A DNA stretch of 64,000 bases, taken from NCBI RefSeq assembly GCF_018977255.1, contig NW_024704743.1:18478001-18542000 (forward strand), in the 5' to 3' direction. The stretch comes from Callorhinchus milii. Its lineage: Eukaryota. Below, piece by piece: positions 25,101 through 37,100 of the stretch. How positions within the stretch are numbered: the stretch's first letter is position 1; every line of letters starts with the position of its first letter. Made by a program: the position numbers and the translations under genes. The notes beneath the pieces are model-generated. The model had not been told where the DNA came from. It did no database searches and saw only the letters and a program-made list of their open reading frames with translations.

Positions 25101-28100
25101 CCAATAGAAACAAAATGGGAGAGTGTAAAAGTAAAGAAAAAAGGGACCCACTGGGGTGGCCCAATATGTGTGTAAAGTGCGTGATGCAGTGAAAAAAGAA
25201 GGGAGTTGAGGGAATGGTTTTGGCTATGCAAAATCACCCTAACCCTTTTAAAGGTGCTTGTGACTGGCTTGAGGAAATGTGTAGAAGCTGGAAAATTGCG
25301 TCCCAATAAGGGAATGAGACACGTTTTGAGATTTGCAATGTATTGTTCAATGGAACAAAACCAAAAGGAGGTTGAGAAACTCCGAAGGCAATCTAGGGAA
25401 GCTGATGAAAGCCATCAGCAAGAGCAGGCTAAAGCTTATGAAGTAAACGATGGAATGGTGGAGTGCCATCAACGCCAGCTAAAGGAAGAGCAGAAAATGG
25501 TAAACTGCTTGTGAGCTCGGGCGAGCGAGCTGAGTGGGATGGTGGACACACAAGGTGCTATGAATTTAGCCATACAACAAGGAGTGGACTTTATGGTGAG
25601 GGCACAAAAGTGTGGTGAATTGGAAAAACAGGTGAAAGACCTACAGCAGAAGTTGTCAGATGCTAGAGGAGCTATGAGAGAAGAAATTGAGAGAGGAAAG
25701 AAAGAAATAGAAAAAGGGAATCACCAGGAATGTCAGGGTCAAATTACTAAGTTAAAAATGGCATTGGGCCATAAGAGAGCCAGGGCGATTGCAGTAAAGA
25801 TGTGTTGGCCCAGAACAAGGATGATTGTCCGGAGGAGCAAATGGGAATGATATTAATGGGCATGATATTGATGGGGATGATAATCAATCAATAGAATCTC
25901 CACCACCACCTCCTGCTCCTATTTGGGAATGTAATTCCCTTCTCAAGGATCCCATGCCTGCAACAGTCATAGTAACACAGGCAGAGATATTAGAATCTAA
26001 GTTACAAAAAGCTTTGGAAAAGCTGGAATCAGAAAGGCAAGAAAGGAGAAATGATGCAGAGTATTATGGCAAGCAAATAAAAAGCTTGGAAGGGCACACT
26101 ATGAGTATTATCAGTCTGACGCATCTGCATTAAGGGGAAAGGCTGATAATTTAGAAGTAGAGCAGAGGAAGCTCGAACAGCGCTGCGAGCGCTTGACAAG
26201 GGTTATTGGAGATTTAAAAACTACTCTAAAAACACAGGCAGCTATGCTCAGAGAATCTGGACAGGGTGATCCTGTGTCACATATATAGTGTCATAAAAAG
26301 GTACTGCAGTTGGAGGAACAACTTAAATGTGAAAGAGAGGAGATGTTAGGACAAGCTAAACAGGAATCTGAGAAATCTGACTCAGAAAGAGATGAAGCAA
26401 GAAAAGAAATTGATAGAGACTTGGGCAAAATCTGTCCAGGCGAATAAACAGATTTTCTCACTAGAATGCGTGTCCAGTATGATGATGCTAATCAGAAGAT
26501 AGAAATAACTAAGCGGCTAAATGAAGGATTGCGCATCCACAATACTAACTTGCAGAGTGAGAATGAGGATTCAAAAGCAGGGTACAATGTGCAAACTCAA
26601 CAAATGATGAAAAACCAGAAAGGCTCCAGTGTTTCACATGAAGCATGTGAAAGTCAGATTAGTGTACTAATAAAACTGTTTTGTGGACGGAGAAAATCTT
26701 GGAACTAACTATGGCACAGCGCATAGAGGAATCAGATGGATTATTATTTGTGGCTATGGAAGGACCAGGGCCCCCATCAAAGAAGGGGCGTAGCCAAATA
26801 AATTTTACAGCCTCAAACAAGAGGTGGGGCAATTGCTACAATTGCAATAAACCAGGGCACCATAAGTAACAATGTAGATTATGGAGACAAGAGGGTCTAC
26901 CCTCTAGACAAGCTCCAAATAACAACAACTTAGGAACCAATAATGAAATTCGCTGGTTAAGACAGAAAATTGAGAGATTGGAGGCTCAGTTGAATGTTCA
27001 CAGGATCACATCACTCACAAAATGGGAAGCCAGACGGGGAAAGGCAGCCGAAAAATTTAAAGAGCATAAAGTAGCAGCCTGAATAGAGAAAAAAACTGGA
27101 AAAGTGCAGAGGAACAATAATCCTTGCAATTTTGACATAGCGTTTTTCACGTCTTCTAGACGTCCCAAAGCGCTTCACAGAATATACTGTAAAGTGAATT
27201 GACTGTATATTTGTGGGCGAACGCGGCAGCCAATTGCGCACAGCAATGTCCCACAAACAGTCATGGATTGAAAATGACCAATTTATTATTGCTTTGTTTT
27301 GGAGGGATTATTATTAGGCGACTGAAGTAAGGAAACTTGCCCAAGGTTTCGCCCTGCCTGGAAACAAGGTTTCACTGCAAGGTTTAAAAGACAAAACAGG
27401 ACAAATTAATTCTGCAGAAGGGGCAAAGGTAAAGGGATAAACTCAAATCAAATGACAAAACCACCAATAACGAAAGATTGTGAAGGTGAAATTAAGAAGG
27501 GTACTAAAGAGTCAAATTTGGAAGAAAGGTTGGGCAAATGGTTACGTCTAACTTTGAAAGATTACGGAAGGAGTTAAAAGCAATGAGATAACTGATTGAG
27601 CAACGTATAGATCCTTGTGTCTCACTGATATGCCTCCAGACAGAACAGGGAGATGACTTATTGACTAATCTGAAAGCCCTCAAACAGTTAAATCTGCTTG
27701 AACTTGTGAGAAGTCAGGAAAGGTCAAAATGCTATTCGCTCAAATAAAGAGATTAACAAAGGTTGAGAGAGAGAGAGAGAGAGTAGGATGGGTTAATTGA
27801 GGAAAAAAAGCAAGCGAAAGAAATTTATACAGCAACTTTAAAAATCACTGACTGTAGCCACTGACTGTGTGCAGTTTAAATTCACTGACTGCTAGAACTC
27901 TGGTTTGTGTATACAAACGGACACTCACTACTTCATGCTGAACAGCACAGTCTGCTCAGAGAGAGTTAACCCTTTGGTTGCCACATAAAGTGAAACTTTT
28001 TGCATCTATGATTATGTCCAAGCTACAATTGAATCCCTGGTAAAGCTAGTAAAGCTTGGGCATTTTGAAGCAGTAGCGCAAGTAGCTACTGCAAACCAAC

Positions 28101-31100
28101 TGAAAGTGTTTAAAGAACGGGAGATTTCACCTTGTGATTTAGTTCCTACAGATACTGACAATGGCTCGTTACACACCATGGAGGTCACCTTCCATGCGGT
28201 GACTTCTTCTGGGACGACTCATACATTTCGCTCCAACCCTCCCACCCACAAAGCCGGTCTTCGCATTTCAGCTCAACCGTCCAGGGGTGAAACGAGTGGA
28301 CAAGTACAACCCAATCAATCGTCTACTTCACAACAGCAACCAATACCTGCACAGAGGACAGGGTCTACATTGGCAATCGTGTGTTTTGTATGCGTCAGGT
28401 GGGGTAGAGCACAAAGTGATAGGTAGAATAAGCACTGTGACAGTTCAAGAAGGAGAAGTGATAGTATTAAGAATGTCATTATTCTGATTGATTTTATGTA
28501 ACATTTACTTTGTCTGTTCCAGTATTTCAGTTATGCTCAAAGCCTGCGGGCAAGGATAGAGGGAACACCCACTAAAATAATATTCAAAATTTCTGTGGCC
28601 ATGTTAATCATGATATTATTGATAATGATGCGTTGTAATTACAGATGTTAAAATTGGTTGAAAGGATTGATGTGGTGGCTTGGATAAAAGGGAATTGTGA
28701 AGATTCTGATGGTGATAGTGGGCCTGTGCTGTCAGCTTGACCCACACGAGGTGGAGACTGGACAGTTAGCACACCCAGAATTCTGGTTTGTCTTAAGTTG
28801 ACCAAAGAAAATCACAAAGACTCATGGACTTGTTTTGCTGAAATAGAACTGATTCTATGGACTCTCAAGGACATTGGTAACATCAGTACATAAAGGTTGC
28901 CAAGAACAAAAGGAGGATACAAACAAGCTGTTGAATGTCTCACTGCGGATTTAGCATATGTGACCAAAAAGGTCTGAGTTTGAACGAAGATGAGTCTAAC
29001 CTATCTTGAGAAAAGAGATATTCTACAATCAACATTGATCGAACCATGTTAATAAGTCGATTCTTAATCTGAGTCGCTGCATCATTCTGATTAGTTCATT
29101 GCACCGAACTTTATTATTCATGTTTTATGCGTTTGTCATTGCCCAGCTTGTTGTTTTGATTGATATGATTCTTTGTGCTATCTCCATTCTTTACTTAAGA
29201 ACTCACTTGCAATTTGACTATTTACAGTTAGCTATCTTACTAAATCATGGATAAATGAGAGATCGAAAATTTGATTTTCTCACTCTCAAGGTGGGGACTG
29301 TTGAAAATAATTGCTTAAGTGTGATAATTGTGGAGTTATGTATAAGGCCTCATTAAACAAAGTATTAGTAGTGATATTGAAATGAATTAAGAGCCTAGGA
29401 AACCAGGATGAAAGTGAGCAACTGATGAATCAGGGTCTTGCTTGTATGGAGTTATTTTTAAGGTTGCGGTAGATGGAAGCAACATATTCTCACACCCATC
29501 AGTTTGTTCCGGTGCCCCACAGAATGTGATAGGTGTGATAATGATTGCATTGTGAGGGACAAATGGACATAACTGCAAGATTGAGGAAGTGATAAAAATC
29601 CCAGATCAAAGAACAGGATGAGCAGATCTGGCTTTGAGCACTGCTGTGTAGAAACAACCCTTTGTATGGCTCAAGTCTCACACACTTAAATTGCTGTTAT
29701 AAAAAGAAGTGGAATTGTGTACTCAGGACAGCGGTTCGGAGAATGGCAACTGATTGAGTTGCAACCCCACCTGGGATCTGTTAATATGATCTCAATTCTG
29801 ACAAGGATATGATCTCAATTCTCAAATGCAAGGATATGCTCTCAATTGTATCTATTCCTTAAATGTATTATTTTAATACTGATTGTGTCAATTTTAATAA
29901 AAGACTTTTGCTTTACCAACTTAATACCATCTCAAGAGAATCCTTAACATTACCTGAACACAAAGTCAGCCTGATCTATTTCCTCTCCACAGCTGCTGTT
30001 AGTTAGGATTCCTCCATTGCCAACCATAGCACAGCGTTTAGATATGGGGATTTTATTATTCTGATGGATGAAAACGTGCAATTAGCATTCTCATGACAAT
30101 GATTTACAGAAAATTATGACATTCAATATTTAATATACGTTTTGCCAAATAAGTAATTTATTAAACATTTTATTTTGATCAGCCGGGTGTCTGACACATG
30201 TGGAAAGCCATCACCATGCTTGAGAGTATCCAAACTAATTGGCGAATTCCAGGCATCCCACCTACACATGGAAATTGCACAGATAGATTGTTGGAGTGGA
30301 ATGCGCACTCTCTCCCTGGAGGGACATATCCTGCTTACCTGATTCCGTAAAGTATTAGACACAGGTTGGTAAGAGTCAAGGTTTAGTGACCCCGGAGTGT
30401 GCGTTGGGGTACTGCTGGAGTCTAACAGCTAAACCCGTATAGCTTGTTATTCATATTGCTGTCTGGCAAGCGTTCCTGCTGCTTGTCCAGCAAGGGCCAC
30501 CCTACCCGTTTGGGCTTTGGCCTGCAGGGTTAACAGGAGCTGAACGGGATGGTTCTCTGCCGCCAGTGACGGGTCCTCCCTTCCAGGTCCTGTTGATGAA
30601 CCAGGTTGGCTGTGCTGTCATCAGCAGTGCCCCGCCATACAGCAGACTTGCCTGGCTCAGGAACTGGACTGCCGACACTGCCACAGAAGGCTGGCTCAAT
30701 TCTGATATTCCATTGCCAAGGTTGGAGACAGTTCAGCTCCAAGGAGACCCCGCTTATCCCCACTCCCTCTCCACCGTAAAGGAGGATAGTCGTTAGTTAG
30801 CCGACATCTGACAAGGGCAGGTTTGACCCCTCACTAGAGGATGGTAGGTACCAGGAACTCCCTGCGAGCTTCCCGGTGGGCAAGAAGTATTGAATAGAGA
30901 TACACAGAACTTTACAGCATGGAAACAGGCCATTCAGCCCAACTCCTATGTGGCTGTGTTTATACTCTACATGAACCTTCACCCTTCCTAATCCACTCTC
31001 CCAAACCCCTCTATTCCCTTCTTCCTCTTGTATGCATCAGGTTTCTTCACAAAAACATACGTAGATGCTTTCAGCTTCAACCACAGGTTGAAATAGTGAG

Positions 31101-34100
31101 TTCCACATTCTCACTACCTGCTACATTGATTTGCTACTGGCTATATATATTCCCCTTGTTTTGGATTCACGAACAAGTGCCAACAGCCTATTAATACTCA
31201 CTTTAATTTAAATACCTCTATCAGATACCCTCTTGATTGGCATCTCCGGAGAGAAAATCTCTGACCTGTCCAATCATTATTGACAGCTGTATCATACTAA
31301 TTGATCAAATTACGTCAAACTACAATCAACTTGAAAGTGAAAGTGTAGAAATGCAAAACTTACCAGTAGGTAAGTGTAGTTGAGGGAGGAGCAGAGCATT
31401 TGACAAATCAGAGCTAAATTCTGAGAGAAAACTACAGGGGTAGGAAAAAGTCTTGCTAAAGAAAGTGGACAGTGAAAGAGACCACAAAGAAACAGAATGC
31501 TTCATGTCCAACTATTGGGACAAACTCAGGGAAATGTATTCACAGCAAATATGGCTGGAGTGGAATTGGCTGTGATGTGAAAACTTTACTGGTGGCAAAT
31601 GGCAAAAGGTGGGGGCAGAGATGCTAAAGACTCAACCACCAATGCTAAGGCGGGTTGGGCGGGAGACATGAAGCATGGAAGTTACTATACTTCTGAACAC
31701 ACACACTCGCACACACTCACTCACAATTTACCTGAGGAAGCAAATTAAAAATATCTTCCGTGATCGTTATTTTCTTTTTAGGCTGTGCATCATAAGACAG
31801 ATTTGCTCCTCGTGCTGTGTTGACTTGTGTGACAGTGAAGTTTTGGATTGCATTGCAGCAATTTGTTAGCTGTGCTCTGGAAGATAAAACATTTCAAATG
31901 TTTGGATCAGAATTTATTCTGTAGAATCTTCATCCTTGTACCTATTCTATTTCCATTAAATATATGCTGACTGTTTCAGATACAGGTACACATATTCTTC
32001 TGTGCTATAAATTTCAATTTGATTCTATGTGGGATAGAAATTCCACTGGGTCTAGAATTTACTCTATTTATGTAACATTTCAGAGTATCTGGAAATTTAG
32101 CAAATTGTTGAATGCAGCCTTAATTCAGAAGCTGATATACAATGAATAATATCACCCAATAGGTCACTATTCTTTCCTCATAGCATCAATTTAGAAGTTT
32201 CTTTATGGTCAGCTGGGTGTCTGACACATGCAGAAACCCATCACCATGCTTAAGAGTATCCAAACCAAGCTGGGATTTCCATGCATCCCACCGACACATG
32301 GAAATACCAGAGATAGATTGTTAGAATGGAAGGCGCACTCTCTGCCTGGAGGGACACAACTTGCTTACCTAATTCCGGAAAGTATTAGGCACAGGTTGGC
32401 AAGACCAAGGCTTGGTGACTCCAGAGTGTGCATTGGGGTACTGTTGGAGTCTAACCAGCTAAAACCGCATAGCTTGGTATTGATATTGCTGTCTGGCAAG
32501 CTTTCCGGCTGCTTGTCCAGCTAGGACCACCCTATCCGTTAGGGCTTTGGCTTGCAGAGTTAACAGAAACTGAGTGGGGTGACTCCCTGCCCTTATCTGC
32601 CGCCAGTCTGCCCTTCCAGAATTTTGTTTTTCGGAACGTTGCCTATTGTAACTGTATTATTGAACTGATGCAACTTTTCTGCCTTATTACATAAACAAGT
32701 TGTTCATTCACCCGAGTCCTATTCAGTTTTCTATCGAAAGCACTTAGATTTCTTTGCACAACTCATATTAATCACTTCCTAACCCGTAATGCTGCTCCTC
32801 TATTCTCCATCATTCTCACACTTACTAGTTGCAGCTAATCGTGGGAATTGATGTCCTGACCCACTGATTTCCTGACCCATTGATGTCTTGATCCATTGCC
32901 GCATGCCCAGAAGAACTTCATTTTCCGCAACTTAATGTGATTCAAACACTTACCGATAAGTGTGCTTGCCACGGCGGGTAGAAATGCATTGAGTCTTGGG
33001 AAATATAGTATTGACCCGTTACCGCATGCGCACTTACTAGCTGCTTTGAATTACATATGCACAGTGTAGATTATTGATTACATCGGATTTTATATGAATT
33101 ATACAGTTTGCCTGCAACTCGGACTTGTGTAAGTCATATTAAATATTATGATCCCGACTGATGCGACTAATGTGAGTTTTCCTCATGTTGCTATCAACAT
33201 TAAGCATCTCTGATATATTTCTGAATTCATTTGCATGTTTCTCACACTAGGCTAACACTCCAATGCAGCGTTTGGGGTGTGCTGCATTGTTGGAGGTACT
33301 GTCTTCAGGTGGACGTTAAAGATCCCATTACATTATTTGAAAAGAAAGGAGTTTCTCCTGGTCCCGACCAACAATCCCCCAAATACAATTGGTCACTCTA
33401 TGGTTGTTTGTGGGACATCACTGTGCGCATATTGGCTGCTGCATTCTCCTACAAAGTATATACATATATATATGCACACACATATGTATATAGTCACAGC
33501 ATTTTGTAGTATATCCTGTGAAGCATTTTGAGATGTCTCAAAGATATGATAGGGAGCTATACCAAATTACAAAGAATGTACAGCCCGGAAACAGGCCACA
33601 GGACAACTAATCTGAGACAATGTGTTCACTCTATGTGAATTTTCACTCCAGTGCATAATTATTATTATTATTTATCATGATTGTTATTATTATAAAAACT
33701 ATTCAATTCTGCATTTATCCATGACTGTTCATTCATTCTTATACAAATTAATAATAATAATCCTTGCATTTGATATAGCATCTTATCACATTGTTAAGAC
33801 GTCTCAAAGCACTTCACAGGATATACTGTATATTAACCTATATTAGCTGGAATAACTGATATTTGATATCAAGTTTTTGCCTCTCCAAAGTGGTATCCTT
33901 GGCAAAAAAAGTGTGAAGCTAAGTCAACTCTCTTTGGTAGACCTGATTTATTACCCAAGCCAAGTATATCCACTGAAATCCTGTGCATTGGTGATGACTG
34001 ACTTATAAGTAGTTTGGAGATGGGGTACATTTTTCTCTGGGGATAGCACTCCTTCCACTTGGCTCCTTATCAAGTTGTAACCGGAGGGTAGTCCTAGCTG

Positions 34101-37100
34101 AACAAGTGAATTGCAGCATAGTGTTACAGCTGCCATTTCATAGATTTGTGTATCTGGGTTGTCACATTTACATCCTCCCAAGTGACTGCCATAAAGCACA
34201 AGGCTGACCACAGACCTGCCAGTGTAAACAATCTTGCAACCATGTTTTTTTTTAAAACTTAGTGGAAAATAGATTCCAATAAGTTTTCATGAATAGATTT
34301 AAAGAATCCAGTTTCTATTCTGGAATAGTTAATTCTGCAGTTCAAACATTTACCTGAATATGTAGTTTGCTTCGGAATTTCTATACCATGTACATTTCTG
34401 TGTTTTCTTGAAGAGGTTAATGATATCATCTTCTTCAAAACTAGAAAAAGTAAAAATGAATACTGATATTGCAACAATGACAACTAGAAGATATGAAAAA
34501 TGGGTCTCAATGCTTCAAAATTGCATAAATTCTTAAGCTTAAGACGAATGTCTTAAGAATATGGGTTGAGTGGGATCCTGGAAATTCAGCCCTTATCTGG
34601 AAGCTGATTTTCTGCAGTTCTGTTTACTCCCTGCTTGCCGAACTCTCCAACTCATCCCTCTACCTGTGATTAGAGGGAGCAGAGTTGGCTGTTGTACCAA
34701 GCGGACTTGTGGGAGTAGGAGGCAGTACGGGAGGTTATGGGGGCAAGGGTGTCAAAAGTAGCAGAGAGGGAGTGACCGAGGAGGTAAGGTCATTACAGGA
34801 GAAGACCCAGGAGTTCAATAAACAAAGTAGTGGATGGTGAAGGCTTTATTAGAGAGAATGTGGACATTTTGTAGGGCAACGCGAAGTGGGCACGCAGCAG
34901 AGGAGTTTGCAAGCCGGGAGAAATATTAATGAGACTATAAGCATCCATCTTAAAAGGCAGATGAGACCTTAGTTTAAAAGAGCACCACTAACAATGCAGC
35001 ACATCCCCAGTATTGTACTGGAGGGTCACTGTACTGGAGGGTGTTTATACTCCACATGAATCTCCACCCACTCCCTACTCCCTTCCATATCCCTCTATTC
35101 CTTGCTCCCTCATGTATATGCAGCTTCCTCTTAAATGCATCTGTACTACCTGCTTTTAACCAACGTTTCGGTCACGAGTTCCACATCAGAAGTAGATGAG
35201 TCAATAAAAGCTTGTATTAGATTTCTACTCTTTCCTCTTCCAGCCTCCCTCTCTAGCACCGAACAAACACACTCATTTCATAATGTTAATATAGAGTGCA
35301 AGCCGCATCGGGGCTGAGCAGTTCATTCAATTTACCTGGCATCTGTGATTAACAGGTGTCCGGCTAATGCGGATTCCCCTGTATATACATAATCAGTTAT
35401 AATATTATTTGTGTATCATTCTATTACGTTTTGCAAAAAAATAGTTCTTGTCACCTCTTAGGGATACGAGCAAACAACTTGCTGAGCTCTGCACACTCTG
35501 GTGGATTTGGCTTTTGAGTAGCTAAGATTTGATTTCTTTGCTCCTTGTTAACCCTGCAACAAACAGTAAACAGTGATCAGAAGAGAATTTATAATAATAA
35601 TAATAATCCTTGCATTTGACATAGCGCTTTTCATATCTTCTAGATGTCTCAAAGCGCTTCACAGAATATACTATAAAGTGAATTGTCTGTATATTTGTGG
35701 GCGAAACGCGGCAGCCAATTGCACACATCAGTGTCCCACAAACAGTCATGGTTTGAAGTGACTAATTTATTATTTTTTTCTTGAGGGACTATTATCAGGC
35801 GTATGGAGTAAGGAAACTCGCCCAAGATTTCGCCATGCCGGGAATCCAACCCAGGTCTCTCACTTGTGAGGCGAGTGCTCTAACGACTGAACTACAGAAC
35901 TCAAATCAATAATGCTAATAATGTCAATAATTCTTGCATTGACGTAGCACTTTTCGCATCAGATTGACTACTCAAAACGATTCACAGCAATTACTGTAAA
36001 GTTTATGGCCCATGTACTTTGTAATCAAATAACACTCAAGCTATTTCAATGAGGCTTTTTATCTCCTTGCTATTAAATTTCGCCCACAAATGTACAGTCA
36101 ATTCACTTTACAGCATATTCTGTGAAGCGCTTTGAGACATCTAGAAAACATGAAAAGCGCTATATCAAATGCAAGGATTATTATTATTATTATTATATAA
36201 GTTCAACAACAACAAAATTACATTTGTATAGCGCCTTTGACGTCGGGAGGACCGCCCAAGGTGCTGGGTTCAGGTATGGAGTGATGATAATAATAATAAT
36301 CTTTGCATTTAATATAACGCCTTATCACGTCTTCGAGACATCTCAAAGCGCTTCAAACAATGCAGTGTAAAGTGAATTCATTGTATATTTTGTGGGCGAA
36401 ACATGGTCGCCAATTGTGCACAACAGAGTCTCACAAACAGTCGTGAATTGAAGTGACCAATTTATTATTTTAATTTTTTTTAAGGAACTATTAACCCCGG
36501 AAAAGTGATCTGCTAATTGACTAACAACCGGGTTCCTACTTATTGCTCGGTAAACAGAGATTTATGGAGTTGGAAACTTGTCCAGCATTTCGCCCTGCCG
36601 GGAATCAAGCCAAGGTCTCTCGCTTGCGCTGAGCTACAGGACTCCACACAAAGGCACAGCTGGATCCAAACAATAGCAATATATTGAAGAACAGCAAAAG
36701 CAGCTTATTACTGACATCCAGCTCAGTCAGATGCAGGAAACTGGACACTATTTTAATAATACAATTATGTCTCTTTCAGCAACATTTTTTTTGTGTACAG
36801 AGCGGTAAAAGCTGTTATATTCATCTAATGCTTGTGTTTCATACATGATACGTAATCAGCTTCTAACACATGTCGTAACACAGTTTATTATCGTATCAGT
36901 TTCTTAGCCTTAAATTGAGAAAAACTGTCTGCCATGTTTATACAATATATTTGCCCCTTTCCCTTCCTGTAGCTGACTCACAATACCACACAATGCCACC
37001 AAATGTTTTGCCTGCTGCATGCACTGACAAATTCTGCATTAAAAATTAACATAGGACCAAAAAAACAAATGCCTTCTGTGTATCCACATCTCACCAGTTC

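Larger units (their letters stand above)
24500..29949 (+). mobile_element. Decayed retrovirus-like LTR element lacking recognisable pol (lokiretrovirus-like), in intron 5 of copy B, antisense to the gene
   Basis: Two homologous LTRs ending TTAACA, an 18-nt PBS, a PPT, coiled-coil gag-like ORF remnants and a CCHC knuckle; the family assignment is inference. Confidence 0.85.

Noticed and set aside
31942..32025. AG...GT-bounded candidate extra ST8SIA exon, also present in copy A
   Set aside because: Stops in all three frames; the similarity reflects duplicated intron
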